A stretch of DNA of 64,000 nt from Alphaproteobacteria bacterium (GCA_965232515.1 CBDDPY010000002.1:3872001-3936000); one strand, 5' to 3'; shown: positions 48,696 to 58,550, counted from the first letter of the stretch. Program-made: numbers and translations. Notes: generated by a model from the letters alone, not told the origin.

Positions 48696-51619
48696 GCCGC
48701 GCCCCCGTCCTCGCCGGCGGCCGACCATTCGCCGATGCGCGCCAGATGGTCGTAGTCGCCGAAGCGCAGCGCCATGTCGGGCCGCGGCCGCGCCCGGTAA
48801 GGCGTCGCCGGGTCGTCGAAGGCGGCGATCAAGGCCTCCAGCCCGGTCCGCGCCCGCGCCGCCGCCTCGGCCGCATCCATGTTGACGGGCTTCACCTCGC
48901 CCGGCGTCGGCCCGCCGGTCAGCCGCCAGAAGCTGAGACCGCCGACATGCGCCTCGGGCAGGCCGTCGAAGCCGCCGGCGAGCGCGATCGCCGCTTCCAG
49001 GGGCAATTGCGGCGCGCCGCCACTCTCAAGCTCGCGGTGCGTCGGCAGGCCGCCGGTCTTGTAGTCGATAATCTGCAAACCGCCGTCCGGCAGCCGGTCG
49101 ACCCGGTCGGCCGTCGCCGTCAGCAGGAAGTCGCCGCCCGGCCCCGTCAGGGCCAGCTTGCCCGCGACCTCGGTCGCCAACGGCTTGATGTCGGGCCGAC
49201 GTGCCCGCTCCAACGCCAGGAACCACCGGGCGATGCGCTCGAAACGCGGCCACCAGAAAGCGCGCACGCCGGGCCGGTTCAACATCGGTCCGAAGGCCTC
49301 GCGGCCGGCGGCCAGCAGCAGCGGCAGGGCGTCGTCCGGCAGGTCGTCCGGGTACCGACGCACGAAGGCGTCCAAGGCATGGTGCACGGCCGTGCCCCGG
49401 TCGGCGGCGCCGGGATCGGCGTCGAGCGGCTCCAGCGGCTTCAGCCTCAGGATGTAGCGCGCGTAGATGGCATAGGGATCGCGCATCCAGACCTCGATGC
49501 GCGTGACCGACAGCCGCCGCGGCCGGGCGGCCGGCGGCGGCCGCGGCGCCGGCGGGACCGGCGATTCCATTTGCGCAGGGACATCGAGCTGGCCCTGCCA
49601 GGCCGTCAGGTCGGCCGCCGCCGCGATGTCCCAGGCAAGCCCAGCGGCGGCCATGACGTTGTCCAGCCGCAGCAGCCAGCGCGACGGGACTGTCGGCGTG
49701 CCCTCGACCCGGTCGGCGCGGGTCAGCAGCACGTCCGGCGCGGCGGCGGCCTGCACGAAGTCGTGCGCCGACAGGCCGATGCGGCGCTCCGGCGACGGCA
49801 GGCCCAGGATCTGCCGCATCGGCCGGCTCAGCCAGGCGTCGGCCGGCGCCTCGGGCGGCCAGCTGCCCTCGTTCAGCCCGCCCAGGATCAGCAGGTCGGC
49901 GCGCTGCAGCCGCGCCTCCAGCGGTCCCCAGATCGACAGGCGCGGATGCGCGCCATAACGCGGCCGCAGCACCCGGCCCTCGATCAGCGTCCCGAACAGG
50001 GCCGGATAGATGCCGCCGTCGATCGGCCGCAGCCCCTCGCTCGCCGCGTGCAGCTCGCTGACAAAGGCCGCCGCCGCCTCGCCCGCGTCGCCGTCCCACA
50101 ACGTCGGCCGTCCGGTCCCGTCGGCGCTCAGCCATTCGGCGAACGCGACATGCGCGGCGATCAGTTCCGGCAGCGACGCGTCGGCCATGCCGAACAGCGA
50201 CTCGACTTCCTCGGCGGCGCCGGCCAGCGCGTCCACGAACGCATGCAGGCGTTCGCTGCACGACGCTTCCCCCACGGCTTGATGCAAACCCGAAAACCCG
50301 GGCGCCGGACGTGGACCACGGAGGACCTTGACCTCCAGCTCGCGCACCAGGGCATGGCGGGCCGCCGGCGCATGGCCGGCCGTCGCCAGCGGATGCTTCA
50401 TTGCCGCCAGCAGCGGCACCGGCGCGGCGCGCTCGCCGACAAGCTCGGCCGCCAAACGCAGCAGCGTGCCGGCCGGCGTCGCCTTCAGCGGCAGGCCGGC
50501 CGAATCGTCGACCGCCACGTCCCAGCGCAGCAGCTCCGTCGCGACCCGTCGGGCAAGGTCCCGGTCCTGCGTGATCAACGCCGCGGTCGCCGCCGGCGTT
50601 TCCAGGACCCGGCGCATGGCGAGCGCGATCACCCCGGCCTCGGCCTGGCTGTCGGCGCAGTCGACGCGGCGCAGGCCGTCGAGCGCGCCGGCCGGCAGCG
50701 GCGGCAGGTCGCGCCATTGTTCCGTGGTCTCGGCCGGCCGGGTTGCCTCCGACAGCAATTGCCGGCGGCCGACATTGCCGTCGCCCGGCGACCAGGGCCG
50801 GACGTCACGCCGATCGACACCCATGCCGGCCAGCAATTCCTTCAGGCCGAACTGCGGATGGCCGGCATCGAGCTGCCCCCATGCCGCGTCGTCCAGCGTT
50901 TCGTCGAGCCCCGGCAATACGACGGCCCCCGCCGGCAACCGCGCGACCACGCCGATCAGCTCCGCCGTCGCCGGGATGCTGCCGGTGGAGCCGGCCGCGA
51001 TCACTGGCCCGGTCGGCGGCGCGGCTTGCCAGGCGGCGGCGCGGGCGCGGATCGCCCGGTCGCGCCGCTCGGCCGGATCGAGACAGCCCTCGGCGGCCAG
51101 CAATCCGCGCCAGGGCTCGGCCAGCACCTGGAGGAAGTCGAGCGTAATCTGCCAGTGCGCCGCGAACTCGGCCGGCGCCAGATCGGCCAGCGCCTCCAGG
51201 GGCAACGCTTGCATCTGCATCTGGTCCAGCAGCCGCGCCAGCTCGGCCGCCAGCAGCGCGGCCTGGGCGGCATCGACGTCACGCAACTGCCGGATCAGCT
51301 CGGTCAGCAGCAGTTGCCGCCGCAGGCCGCCGATCGCTGGCGGCAGCGTCAGGTCGGCGTCGCCGCCCGCCTCGCCAACGTCGACCAGATCGTCCTCGAC
51401 ATCGCCGATCGGCTGCATCGTTGGCAGCAGCATGGGCCGGCCGTCGCCGATGCGCAGGAAGGCTTCGCTCAACGCCCGCGCCGCCCGCCGTGTCGGCAGC
51501 AGCACGGTGACCCGGCTCAATTGCAGCGGCTCGGCCCCGTAGCGCGCCAGCAGGCCCTGCGCCAGCGCGTCGACGAAGGCCACGCCGGCGGGAATGTTGT
51601 AGACCGTCGGGCGGTCCAT
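48692..51619 (-). CDS. addB: Double-strand break repair protein AddB
   Basis: LLPTRRAAR, AAGSTGSIPATA, IWGPLEARLQ, GLNEGSWP, RDPYAIYAR, IDYKTG, YDHLAR..EW. Confidence 0.97.
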   Translation of the reverse strand: MDRPTVYNIPAGVAFVDALAQGLLARYGAEPLQLSRVTVLLPTRRAARALSEAFLRIGDGRPMLLPTMQPIGDVEDDLVDVGEAGGDADLTLPPAIGGLRRQLLLTELIRQLRDVDAAQAALLAAELARLLDQMQMQALPLEALADLAPAEFAAHWQITLDFLQVLAEPWRGLLAAEGCLDPAERRDRAIRARAAAWQAAPPTGPVIAAGSTGSIPATAELIGVVARLPAGAVVLPGLDETLDDAAWGQLDAGHPQFGLKELLAGMGVDRRDVRPWSPGDGNVGRRQLLSEATRPAETTEQWRDLPPLPAGALDGLRRVDCADSQAEAGVIALAMRRVLETPAATAALITQDRDLARRVATELLRWDVAVDDSAGLPLKATPAGTLLRLAAELVGERAAPVPLLAAMKHPLATAGHAPAARHALVRELEVKVLRGPRPAPGFSGLHQAVGEASCSERLHAFVDALAGAAEEVESLFGMADASLPELIAAHVAFAEWLSADGTGRPTLWDGDAGEAAAAFVSELHAASEGLRPIDGGIYPALFGTLIEGRVLRPRYGAHPRLSIWGPLEARLQRADLLILGGLNEGSWPPEAPADAWLSRPMRQILGLPSPERRIGLSAHDFVQAAAAPDVLLTRADRVEGTPTVPSRWLLRLDNVMAAAGLAWDIAAAADLTAWQGQLDVPAQMESPVPPAPRPPPAARPRRLSVTRIEVWMRDPYAIYARYILRLKPLEPLDADPGAADRGTAVHHALDAFVRRYPDDLPDDALPLLLAAGREAFGPMLNRPGVRAFWWPRFERIARWFLALERARRPDIKPLATEVAGKLALTGPGGDFLLTATADRVDRLPDGGLQIIDYKTGGLPTHRELESGGAPQLPLEAAIALAGGFDGLPEAHVGGLSFWRLTGGPTPGEVKPVNMDAAEAAARARTGLEALIAAFDDPATPYRARPRPDMALRFGDYDHLARIGEWSAAGEDGGAA

Positions 51620-51632
51620 TATGCAAGGCCGG

Positions 51633-52355
51633 CTAGGCGGCTAAGGCCTGGTCGGCCGCCTCCAGGCCTTTCGGCGTGTTGATGCACATCCAATCACCCT
51701 CGTGCCGGAGTCCGAACAGCCGGCCGGCTTCCTCGGCGCGATCGTACAACAGGTTGAGGGAGAAGGCCCCCGACGGGCAATCGACGAACAGGGCGGGTGT
51801 CAGGATCTGCACGCCGGTGAACACGAACGGCGAGACCTGCGTCTCCTCGCGTCGCGTCAGCGCGCCGTCCGGCCACATGACGTAGTCGCCCATACCGGGA
51901 TAGCCGATCGCGCCGACGGTCGGATTGAGCAGCAGAATGGCGTCCATGCGGCCGGGATCGAAGCGGCGCGCCAGCCGTTGCAGCGTGTCCTTCATGCCGT
52001 CGAACCAGAGGGCGTCGGCATTGACCACGTAGAACGGATCGGTCCCCAACAGCGGCAATGCCTTGGCGACGCCGCCGCCGGTCTCGAGCAGTTCCCCGGT
52101 CTCGTCGGAGAACGTCACCGCGAGATCGCGCCGGTCTTGCAAATGCGCGCGAATCATTTCGCTCTTGTGGTGCAGGTTGACGACGGCTCGCTTCACGCCC
52201 GCCGCCGCCAGGCGATCGAGCGCGCGGTCGAGCAGGCTGCGGCCCGCCACCTCCAGCAATGGCTTGGGCCGGTCGTCGCCCAACGGCTCCATCCGCGTGC
52301 CGCGTCCGGCAGCCAGCACCATGGCGATTTCAGGTACGGGTATCGATAACGTCAT
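51633..52355 (-). CDS. murU: Nucleotidyltransferase, MurNAc-alpha-1P uridylyltransferase-like (start may be 52370)
   Basis: AMVLAAGRGTRM, PKPL, LETGGGV; conserved position upstream of addB. Confidence 0.8.
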   Translation of the reverse strand: MTLSIPVPEIAMVLAAGRGTRMEPLGDDRPKPLLEVAGRSLLDRALDRLAAAGVKRAVVNLHHKSEMIRAHLQDRRDLAVTFSDETGELLETGGGVAKALPLLGTDPFYVVNADALWFDGMKDTLQRLARRFDPGRMDAILLLNPTVGAIGYPGMGDYVMWPDGALTRREETQVSPFVFTGVQILTPALFVDCPSGAFSLNLLYDRAEEAGRLFGLRHEGDWMCINTPKGLEAADQALAA

Positions 52356-52489
52356 CAAAACCTTCTGCATCCTATGTTCATGCGCACCAACGCGCCGCGA
52401 TATTGCGATTCCTGACCGTTCGGGGCAAGCATTTGACGGCGCCCCTGCGCGGCGCAGACTGCGGCATTCGGATGACCGGATAATGACAA

Positions 52490-53512
52490 ATGGCAGCAAC
52501 AGATCGAATTGACACACCCGAGGCAGCGCTGCGCGCATTCGGCAGGTCCGGCGCGCTACGGTACGTGGAAAGCGGCCTGGTGAACCGCACTTGGGCCGTC
52601 GGCGCGCCGCCGCAATTCGCTCTGCAGCTGGTCCATGCCCGTTTCAGGGACGCGGACAACGCCCATATCGAGGCCGTCGCCCGGCGGCTGCGCAGCGGCG
52701 GGCTCCCGACGCCGGAACTGATTCGAGCCGGCGATGGCGCGCTGTCGTTCGCCGGGCCGGACAATCGTCGCTGGCGTCTGTTGACCTGGCTTGACGGCGA
52801 CGTTCACGCCCAAGCGCCGAGCGCGGACCACATCCGCTCGGCCGCCGCCTTGTTCGCGCGGTTTCATGACATCCTGTTCGGATCGCCGGAAGGCATGAAC
52901 TTGCCGCCGACCGACTTTCACGACACCGACGCCTATATGCGGCATCTCGCGACGCTGATCGAGACACGCCCCGACACCGAGGTCGGACCCGTCGCCGAAT
53001 CGATCCTGGCCCTTTGGCGAACCTGGCAGGACGCTACGGTGACGCCGCGACGGCCGGGCCACGGCGACCCGAAGCTGCCCAACGTGATCTTCCGGCCCGG
53101 CAGCGCGGACGCGCTGGCGATGATCGATCTGGACACGCTGGCGCAATACGGTCTCGACGACGAGCTCGGCGACGCCATCCGGTCCTGTTGCAATCCTCGC
53201 GGCGAGGACGCCGACGACGGCGAGATCGACACCGCCCTGTTCACGGCCTTCGTCCGAGGCTATGTCGGACGGTCCGAAACCATGACACCGGACGAACGCC
53301 GCAGCATCGTCCATGGCGTCGGCCGGATCGCACTCGAACTGGCGGCGCGATTCTGCGCCGACGCCATCGAGTGCCGCTATTTCGCCTGGAACCCGGCCGT
53401 GGCGCCGACGGCGCGTGATCACAATCTGTACCGGGCTCGCGGCCAACTGCATCTCAGCCAACAGGTCACCGCGCGTCGTGGCGAGTTGGAACGGATTGTC
53501 GCCGCGGCTTAA
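52490..53512 (+). CDS. APH/choline-kinase-fold phosphotransferase, N-acetylhexosamine 1-kinase-like
   Basis: GLVNRTW, FHDT, GHGDPKLPNVIF, IDLDT, GDAIRS, ELAARF.AD...YF, HNLYRARGQ. Confidence 0.8.
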   Translation: MAATDRIDTPEAALRAFGRSGALRYVESGLVNRTWAVGAPPQFALQLVHARFRDADNAHIEAVARRLRSGGLPTPELIRAGDGALSFAGPDNRRWRLLTWLDGDVHAQAPSADHIRSAAALFARFHDILFGSPEGMNLPPTDFHDTDAYMRHLATLIETRPDTEVGPVAESILALWRTWQDATVTPRRPGHGDPKLPNVIFRPGSADALAMIDLDTLAQYGLDDELGDAIRSCCNPRGEDADDGEIDTALFTAFVRGYVGRSETMTPDERRSIVHGVGRIALELAARFCADAIECRYFAWNPAVAPTARDHNLYRARGQLHLSQQVTARRGELERIVAAA

Positions 53513-53522
53513 CCGGCATTTC

Positions 53523-54479
53523 TCAGGCGAAGGCGTCCGGGACGTGCTCGTCGACCCAGGCGCGAACCGCCTCCAGTGACGGATGCGCCAGACGCTGCCG
53601 CAGCATGCGCCGGCAACGCGGCAGATGCCGGAGATAGCCATCTTTCCCCGCCGTCCGCGCCAGGCGCGTGAAGACGGCGATGATGCGGGTATGGCGCTGC
53701 GCCGCCAGCACCGCGCAGGCGCGCTCAAAGTCGTCACGGTCGATCTTGGGATGGGCCGCGAGATACCGGTCGACCGCCGCCGTCACGATCGCCGCCGGTA
53801 CGTCGCGACGGGCATCCTCCAACAGCGACATCAGATCGTAGGCAACCGGTCCGATACCGGCGTCCTGGAAATCCAGCAGGCCACAGGCCTTCGCGCCCGG
53901 CCGTTCGGGCAGGTGCACCAGATTGCCGGCGAAAAAATCTCGCAGCAGCAAGGATTGCGGCAACGCATCGGCCGCCGCCAGCGCCTGTCGCCAGGCGGCA
54001 ACGAACGCCGCCCTGTCCGCCGTCGGCGCGAAGAGGTCCGCGAACAGCGCCGCCTGCTCGGCGAACAGATCCGCGTCGTAGCGCGGCAAGTCCTCGGCGC
54101 CCTGAAACCGTTGATGCAACGCGATCAACATGTCGACCGCCAACGCGTACAGCGGCACGGCATCGGCGCCGGCATCCAGAAGGTTGGCGAACACGGCGTC
54201 GCCGAAGTCTTCGACCAGCAGAAAGCCCCGATCCGCATCGGCCCGCAGCACGGTCGGCACAGACAGGTCCAACCCCCGCAGCAATTCGGCTACCCGCGCG
54301 AACGCCGCCAGATCGTTGTGCGGCGGCGGCGCGTCCATCAGCACCGCGGTGTCGCCGCCTGCCCGGCGTAGGCGCACGAACCGGCGCGAGGAAGCATCGC
54401 CGGCGAGCGCTTGGTGCGCGGCCGCGGCCCAGCCCGCGTCGTCCAGGAAGGCGGCGGCCAGATCGTCGCGTTCAGTCAT
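53523..54479 (-). CDS. amgK: Anomeric MurNAc/GlcNAc kinase AmgK-like phosphotransferase
   Basis: LAGDASSRRF, VLMDAPP, LVEDFGD, RDFFAGNL, LDFQDA, YDLMSLLEDARRD; follows tsaE. Confidence 0.82.
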   Translation of the reverse strand: MTERDDLAAAFLDDAGWAAAAHQALAGDASSRRFVRLRRAGGDTAVLMDAPPPHNDLAAFARVAELLRGLDLSVPTVLRADADRGFLLVEDFGDAVFANLLDAGADAVPLYALAVDMLIALHQRFQGAEDLPRYDADLFAEQAALFADLFAPTADRAAFVAAWRQALAAADALPQSLLLRDFFAGNLVHLPERPGAKACGLLDFQDAGIGPVAYDLMSLLEDARRDVPAAIVTAAVDRYLAAHPKIDRDDFERACAVLAAQRHTRIIAVFTRLARTAGKDGYLRHLPRCRRMLRQRLAHPSLEAVRAWVDEHVPDAFA

Positions 54480-54960
54480 GCGCCGCCTCGCGCAAAACCG
54501 GCGCCAACCGCACCGCGCTCCCGAACGCGGCCCAGCTCAGCAGCCGCTGCTCGCCGCCGGGCGTGTCGTCGAAAGCCAGATCCAGCCGGTCCGGCGGCGC
54601 CAGGTCGCCGAGCCGGTCCGGCCACTCGATCAGGCAGATCGCCGATGCAAACGCGTCCTCCAGTCCCAGCTCGGTCAGCTCCTCGGGCGCGCTCAACCGG
54701 TAAAGATCGATATGCCAGACCGTGCCGGCCGCGGTGTCGTATTGCAGCATCAGGTTGAAGGTCGGGCTCGGCACCTCGTCGCTGACCCCCCGCGCCCGCA
54801 GGAAGGCGCGGGCGAAGGCCGTCTTGCCGACGCCGAGCTCGCCCGCCAGGCAGATCACATCGCCCGGCCCGGTCGCCCGCGCCAGCGCGGCGGCCAGCGC
54901 TTCGGTCGCGGCGAGATCGGCGAGGAGGAATGCGCCCCGCGTGGCGAGATCATCCGGCAT
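54472..54960 (-). CDS. tsaE: tRNA threonylcarbamoyladenosine biosynthesis ATPase TsaE
   Basis: GELGVGKTAFAR, VPSPTFNL, HIDLYRL, LIEWPDR. Confidence 0.95.
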   Translation of the reverse strand: MPDDLATRGAFLLADLAATEALAAALARATGPGDVICLAGELGVGKTAFARAFLRARGVSDEVPSPTFNLMLQYDTAAGTVWHIDLYRLSAPEELTELGLEDAFASAICLIEWPDRLGDLAPPDRLDLAFDDTPGGEQRLLSWAAFGSAVRLAPVLREAAHD

Positions 54961-55077
54961 GCGCCGCCTTGTACGCCGTTCGCCGGCGATGGGCAACGTC
55001 CGGCGGGACTTGCGAAGCCGGTGTACCCGGTCCATGTTGGCGCGCGCCAACACTTTGAACCGCCAGGGAATTCGCCG

Positions 55078-56094
55078 ATGTCGGATGCCGACGCCCAGAC
55101 TGACGTAGCCATCATCGGCGCCGGGCCGGTCGGGCTGTTCGCGGTCTTCGAGCTCGGCATGCTGAACATGCGGGCGGCCGTGTTCGACGCGCTCGACGCG
55201 CCAGGCGGCCAGTGCGCGGCGCTCTATCCGGAAAAGCCGATCTACGACATTCCGGGCTATCCACGCATCGACGCCGGCGACCTGGTCGCGCGATTGACCG
55301 AGCAGGCGGCGCCCTTCGCGCCCGGCTATCACCTCGGATCGCCGGTCACACATTTGAGCCGCGATGGCAACGGTTGGCAGGTCGGCGCCGAGAATGGCGC
55401 TAAGGTCTCGGCCAAGGCAGTGGTCATCGCCGCCGGCGGCGGCGCCTTCGGCCCGAACCGGCCGCCGCTCGACGGCATCGAGACCTACGAAGGCCGCTCG
55501 ATCTTCTACATGGTCGGCCGGCGCGAAGATTTTCGCGGCAAACGCGTCGTCATCGCGGGTGGCGGCGATTCCGCCGTCGACTGGGCGCTGTCGCTCGCCG
55601 AGATCGCCGCCAGTGTCGCGGTCGTGCACCGCCGGCCCAAGTTCCGCGCGGCGCCAGCCAGCGTCCAGCGCCTGCATAAGCTGGCCGATGCCGGCGCAAT
55701 CGAGTTGGTCGTGCCCTATCAACTCGCCGGTCTCGACGGCGGCGACGGCCAGTTGGACGCGGTCATCGTGCGGACGCTCGACGGCGACGAGCGCCGCCTG
55801 CCGGCGGACGTGTTGCTGCCGTTCTACGGCCTGTCGTCCGATCTCGGACCGATCGCCGGCTGGGACCTGGCGCTGGAGCGCCGGCAGATCGCCGTCGATC
55901 CCGCCACCTGCGCCACCAGCCAGTCGGGCATCTACGCCATCGGCGACATCGTCACCTATCCCGGCAAGCTGAAGCTGATCCTCTGCGGCTTTTCCGAGGC
56001 CGCGCTGGCCGCGCACGCCATCCACCGCCTGGTCTTCCCCGACCAGGAGCTGCACTTCGAATACTCGACCATGAAAGGTTTGCCCGGCAGTTGA
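55078..56094 (+). CDS. Thioredoxin-reductase-like ferredoxin-NADP+ reductase (YumC type)
   Basis: IIGAGPVGLF, LYPEKPIYDIPG, GGGDSAVDWAL, GDIVTYPGKLKLILCGF; lacks the TrxB CxxC. Confidence 0.88.
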   Translation: MSDADAQTDVAIIGAGPVGLFAVFELGMLNMRAAVFDALDAPGGQCAALYPEKPIYDIPGYPRIDAGDLVARLTEQAAPFAPGYHLGSPVTHLSRDGNGWQVGAENGAKVSAKAVVIAAGGGAFGPNRPPLDGIETYEGRSIFYMVGRREDFRGKRVVIAGGGDSAVDWALSLAEIAASVAVVHRRPKFRAAPASVQRLHKLADAGAIELVVPYQLAGLDGGDGQLDAVIVRTLDGDERRLPADVLLPFYGLSSDLGPIAGWDLALERRQIAVDPATCATSQSGIYAIGDIVTYPGKLKLILCGFSEAALAAHAIHRLVFPDQELHFEYSTMKGLPGS

Positions 56095-56124
56095 TCCGGA
56101 TCCAGGCCGCCGCCTGATGGCCGA

Positions 56125-56228
56125 CCCTTCGAGGCTTCGCTTCGCTCCGCGCCTCAGGGTGAGGCTTTAGCTGATATCAAGCTCCGCCTCATGCTGAGGA
56201 GCCGGCGCAGCCGGCGTCTCGAAGCATG
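56125..56228. repeat. Inverted pair of alphaproteobacterial REP/RIME-like palindromic units
   Basis: The reverse complement of 56125-56165 (GCCTCACCCTGAGGCGCGGAGCGAAGCGAAGCCTCGAAGGG) resembles 56186-56228 (GCCTCATGCTGAGGAGCCGGCGCAGCCGGCGTCTCGAAGCATG). Confidence 0.7.
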
Positions 56229-56258
56229 CGCCATCGGTCTCCGTCGTCGGGGCCGAGC

Positions 56259-58388
56259 CTACTCCGCCGCTGGTTCCTCCAGCGCCACGGGCTGCCGCAC
56301 GGGCAGGTGGCAGGTCACCTGCGTGCCGACATTGACTTCCGACTGCAGCTCGACACGGCCGCCATGCAGCTCGACCACGCTCTTGACCAGCGACAGGCCG
56401 AGCCCCACGCCCTGCCGGCGGCCGGCGCTGCTGCCGCGGTGGAACTTGTCGAAGACCAGCTCCAGATCGCGGGCGCCGATGCCGATGCCGGTGTCGCTGA
56501 TCGCGATCTGCAGCTCGTTACCGTTCTTCGCGGCGGCCAGCTTGATATGGCCGCCCGGCGGCGTGAACTTCACGGCGTTGCTCAACAGGCTGAACAGCAC
56601 CTGCTTGATGCGCCGCTCGTCGACCTCGGCCGTGCCGATATCGGCCGGGCAGTCGAAGTCGAGCCGCAGCTTCTGCTGTCGCGCCCGCTCTCGCGTCAGC
56701 GCCAGCACGCTCGCCAGCGCGGCGTGAACGTCGAGCGGCGCCGTGTCCAGCTCCAGCCGCCCGGCCTCGATGCTGGCCAAGTCCAAGATATCGTTGATCA
56801 GCGCCAGCAGCTCGTGCGACGAGGTCAGAATACCTTCGCTGTATTCCTTCTGCCGCTCGTTGAGGTCGCCGAAATACTCGTTCCCCAGGACCTCGGCAAA
56901 GCCGATGATGACGTTCAGCGGCGTGCGCAGTTCGTAGGACACGTTGGCGATGAATTCCGACTTCAACCGGTCGGCGGTCTCCAGCGCCTCGTTACGCTCA
57001 CGCAGCGCGCGCTCGATCTCGACGCTGTCCGAGACGTCGAGATAGGTGAACAGCACGTTGCCGTCCGGCAGCGGCAGGCTGGCGAAGTCGATCACCGAGG
57101 CGTTGGGCCGATCGAGCCGCCCGGTCCGCGCCACCCGGTCCGTCACCGATGCGATAAGTTCCGTGCGCTTTTCGTCCCAGGGCGTGCCATCGTCGAACAG
57201 GCCGCGCGCTTCGTCGATGATCTCGCCCACGTGCGGCTCGGTCGACAGCAGCTTCTCGTCGAGCTGCCACATCTTGGCGAAGGTCGGGTTGTGCAGTTTC
57301 AGCCGGCCGTCCCCGCCATAGACCGCGACGCCCTCATAGAGGTTCTCCAGCGTCTCCTGCTGCACCGCGATCAGCGTGTTGTAGGAGCGCTCCAGCGCCA
57401 GCCGGTCGGTCACGTCCTCGAACAGGAGCAGGATTCCGCCGAATGGATGCGGCGCGATGATGGTCCGCAGCACCCGTCCATCCGGCAGGTAGGAAAGCGA
57501 TTCCTCGGGATGCAGCAGATTGGTGTAATAGGCCAGGATGTTGGCCTTGTAGGCTGGATAGTCCGCCTGCTCCTCCAGCAACCGGTTCTCGCGCAGGGCA
57601 TCCAGCACCTCGCTGTGGCTCGGCTGCGTCGCCAGCCAGTCCTGGTCCAGATGCCACAGACGGGCATAGGCGTCATTGTGATAGGCGACCCGCTTGTCGG
57701 GCCCGAAGATCACGATCGCCGCGTTCAGGATGTTCAGAACCTCGGCATGCGCCTCGTCGTGCCGCTTCAGTTCGGCCTTGGTCTCCTCGTTCTCGGTGAC
57801 GTCGAGGGCGAAGCCGGCGATGCCGCCGTCGGGCAAGCCCGGCACCTCATGAACGCGCAGCGCCCGCCGCTGGCCGTCGACGACGAAATACCGCGTCTCG
57901 ACGCGCACCTCACCGCTGGCCTGCGCGCTCTGGGCCAATGTCTTGGCCTGATCGGGGATGATCGCGGTCTCGATCTCCAGGCCGCCGGCCAGGACCGCGT
58001 CGCGCCCACTGCCGACGGTGTTGGCGTAGGCCGCGTTGCAGTCGGTCAGCCTCAGGCTGCCGTCACGCCGCCAGGTCGGGAACGGCGCCAGATCCATCAG
58101 GGTCCGTAGGCCGTCGGCGATGGTCTGGGTGGCCTGCAGCTGCTTGGCCGCCGCGCCGGCTTGGCCGGCGGCGCGTTCCTCCAGCTCGGCATAGCGCGCC
58201 ATCAGAGTCGCGATCTCCGCCGTCCGTCGCCGGTTGCGCAGCCACAACGCCGCCGCGGCGGCGCTCGCGATGATTGCGATGGAGAGGCAGAAAAGGCTGA
58301 ACTGATCGACCGGAACCGCATCGGCCGCCAGCGCCGGCCGCGCCGTGAATGCGAGCGACAACGCGATCAGGCGCGCGAGTTTCGGCAT
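56259..58388 (-). CDS. divL: DivL-like multi-PAS pseudo-histidine kinase
   Basis: H-box has Tyr in place of His (FIANVSYELRTPL); PAS repeats; LPDGNVLFTYLDVSDS..ERALRERNEAL; synteny ahcY-divL-tsaE. Confidence 0.85.
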   Translation of the reverse strand: MPKLARLIALSLAFTARPALAADAVPVDQFSLFCLSIAIIASAAAAALWLRNRRRTAEIATLMARYAELEERAAGQAGAAAKQLQATQTIADGLRTLMDLAPFPTWRRDGSLRLTDCNAAYANTVGSGRDAVLAGGLEIETAIIPDQAKTLAQSAQASGEVRVETRYFVVDGQRRALRVHEVPGLPDGGIAGFALDVTENEETKAELKRHDEAHAEVLNILNAAIVIFGPDKRVAYHNDAYARLWHLDQDWLATQPSHSEVLDALRENRLLEEQADYPAYKANILAYYTNLLHPEESLSYLPDGRVLRTIIAPHPFGGILLLFEDVTDRLALERSYNTLIAVQQETLENLYEGVAVYGGDGRLKLHNPTFAKMWQLDEKLLSTEPHVGEIIDEARGLFDDGTPWDEKRTELIASVTDRVARTGRLDRPNASVIDFASLPLPDGNVLFTYLDVSDSVEIERALRERNEALETADRLKSEFIANVSYELRTPLNVIIGFAEVLGNEYFGDLNERQKEYSEGILTSSHELLALINDILDLASIEAGRLELDTAPLDVHAALASVLALTRERARQQKLRLDFDCPADIGTAEVDERRIKQVLFSLLSNAVKFTPPGGHIKLAAAKNGNELQIAISDTGIGIGARDLELVFDKFHRGSSAGRRQGVGLGLSLVKSVVELHGGRVELQSEVNVGTQVTCHLPVRQPVALEEPAAE

Positions 58389-58467
58389 CAAAGGGACCTG
58401 CCACGGCACATCGAGTCACCATAACCCGCTGTCCCGAAATCAGACAAGCCATGCCCATTTGATTTGG

Positions 58468-58550
58468 CTCGACCCGTCCCACGCCCTCACCCGACCAGCC
58501 ACGGAAGTATGCTCAATGGGTGGTCGGGTGAGGGCGTGGGACGGGTCGAG
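58468..58550. repeat. Perfect 30-bp inverted repeat
   Basis: CTCGACCCGTCCCACGCCCTCACCCGACCA (58468-58497) is the exact reverse complement of 58521-58550; 23-nt spacer. Confidence 0.9.

Noticed and set aside
46623-51682. Very long antisense ORFs (710 aa and 978 aa) opposite addA/addB, and similar ones opposite aroA, trpA-accD, divL and ahcY
   Set aside because: Shadow frames of high-GC coding sequence, Arg/Gly/Ala-rich with no motifs or RBS.
56930-56960. Histidine kinase with Tyr replacing the phospho-His
   Set aside because: This is the known signature of DivL, supported by synteny; not novel.
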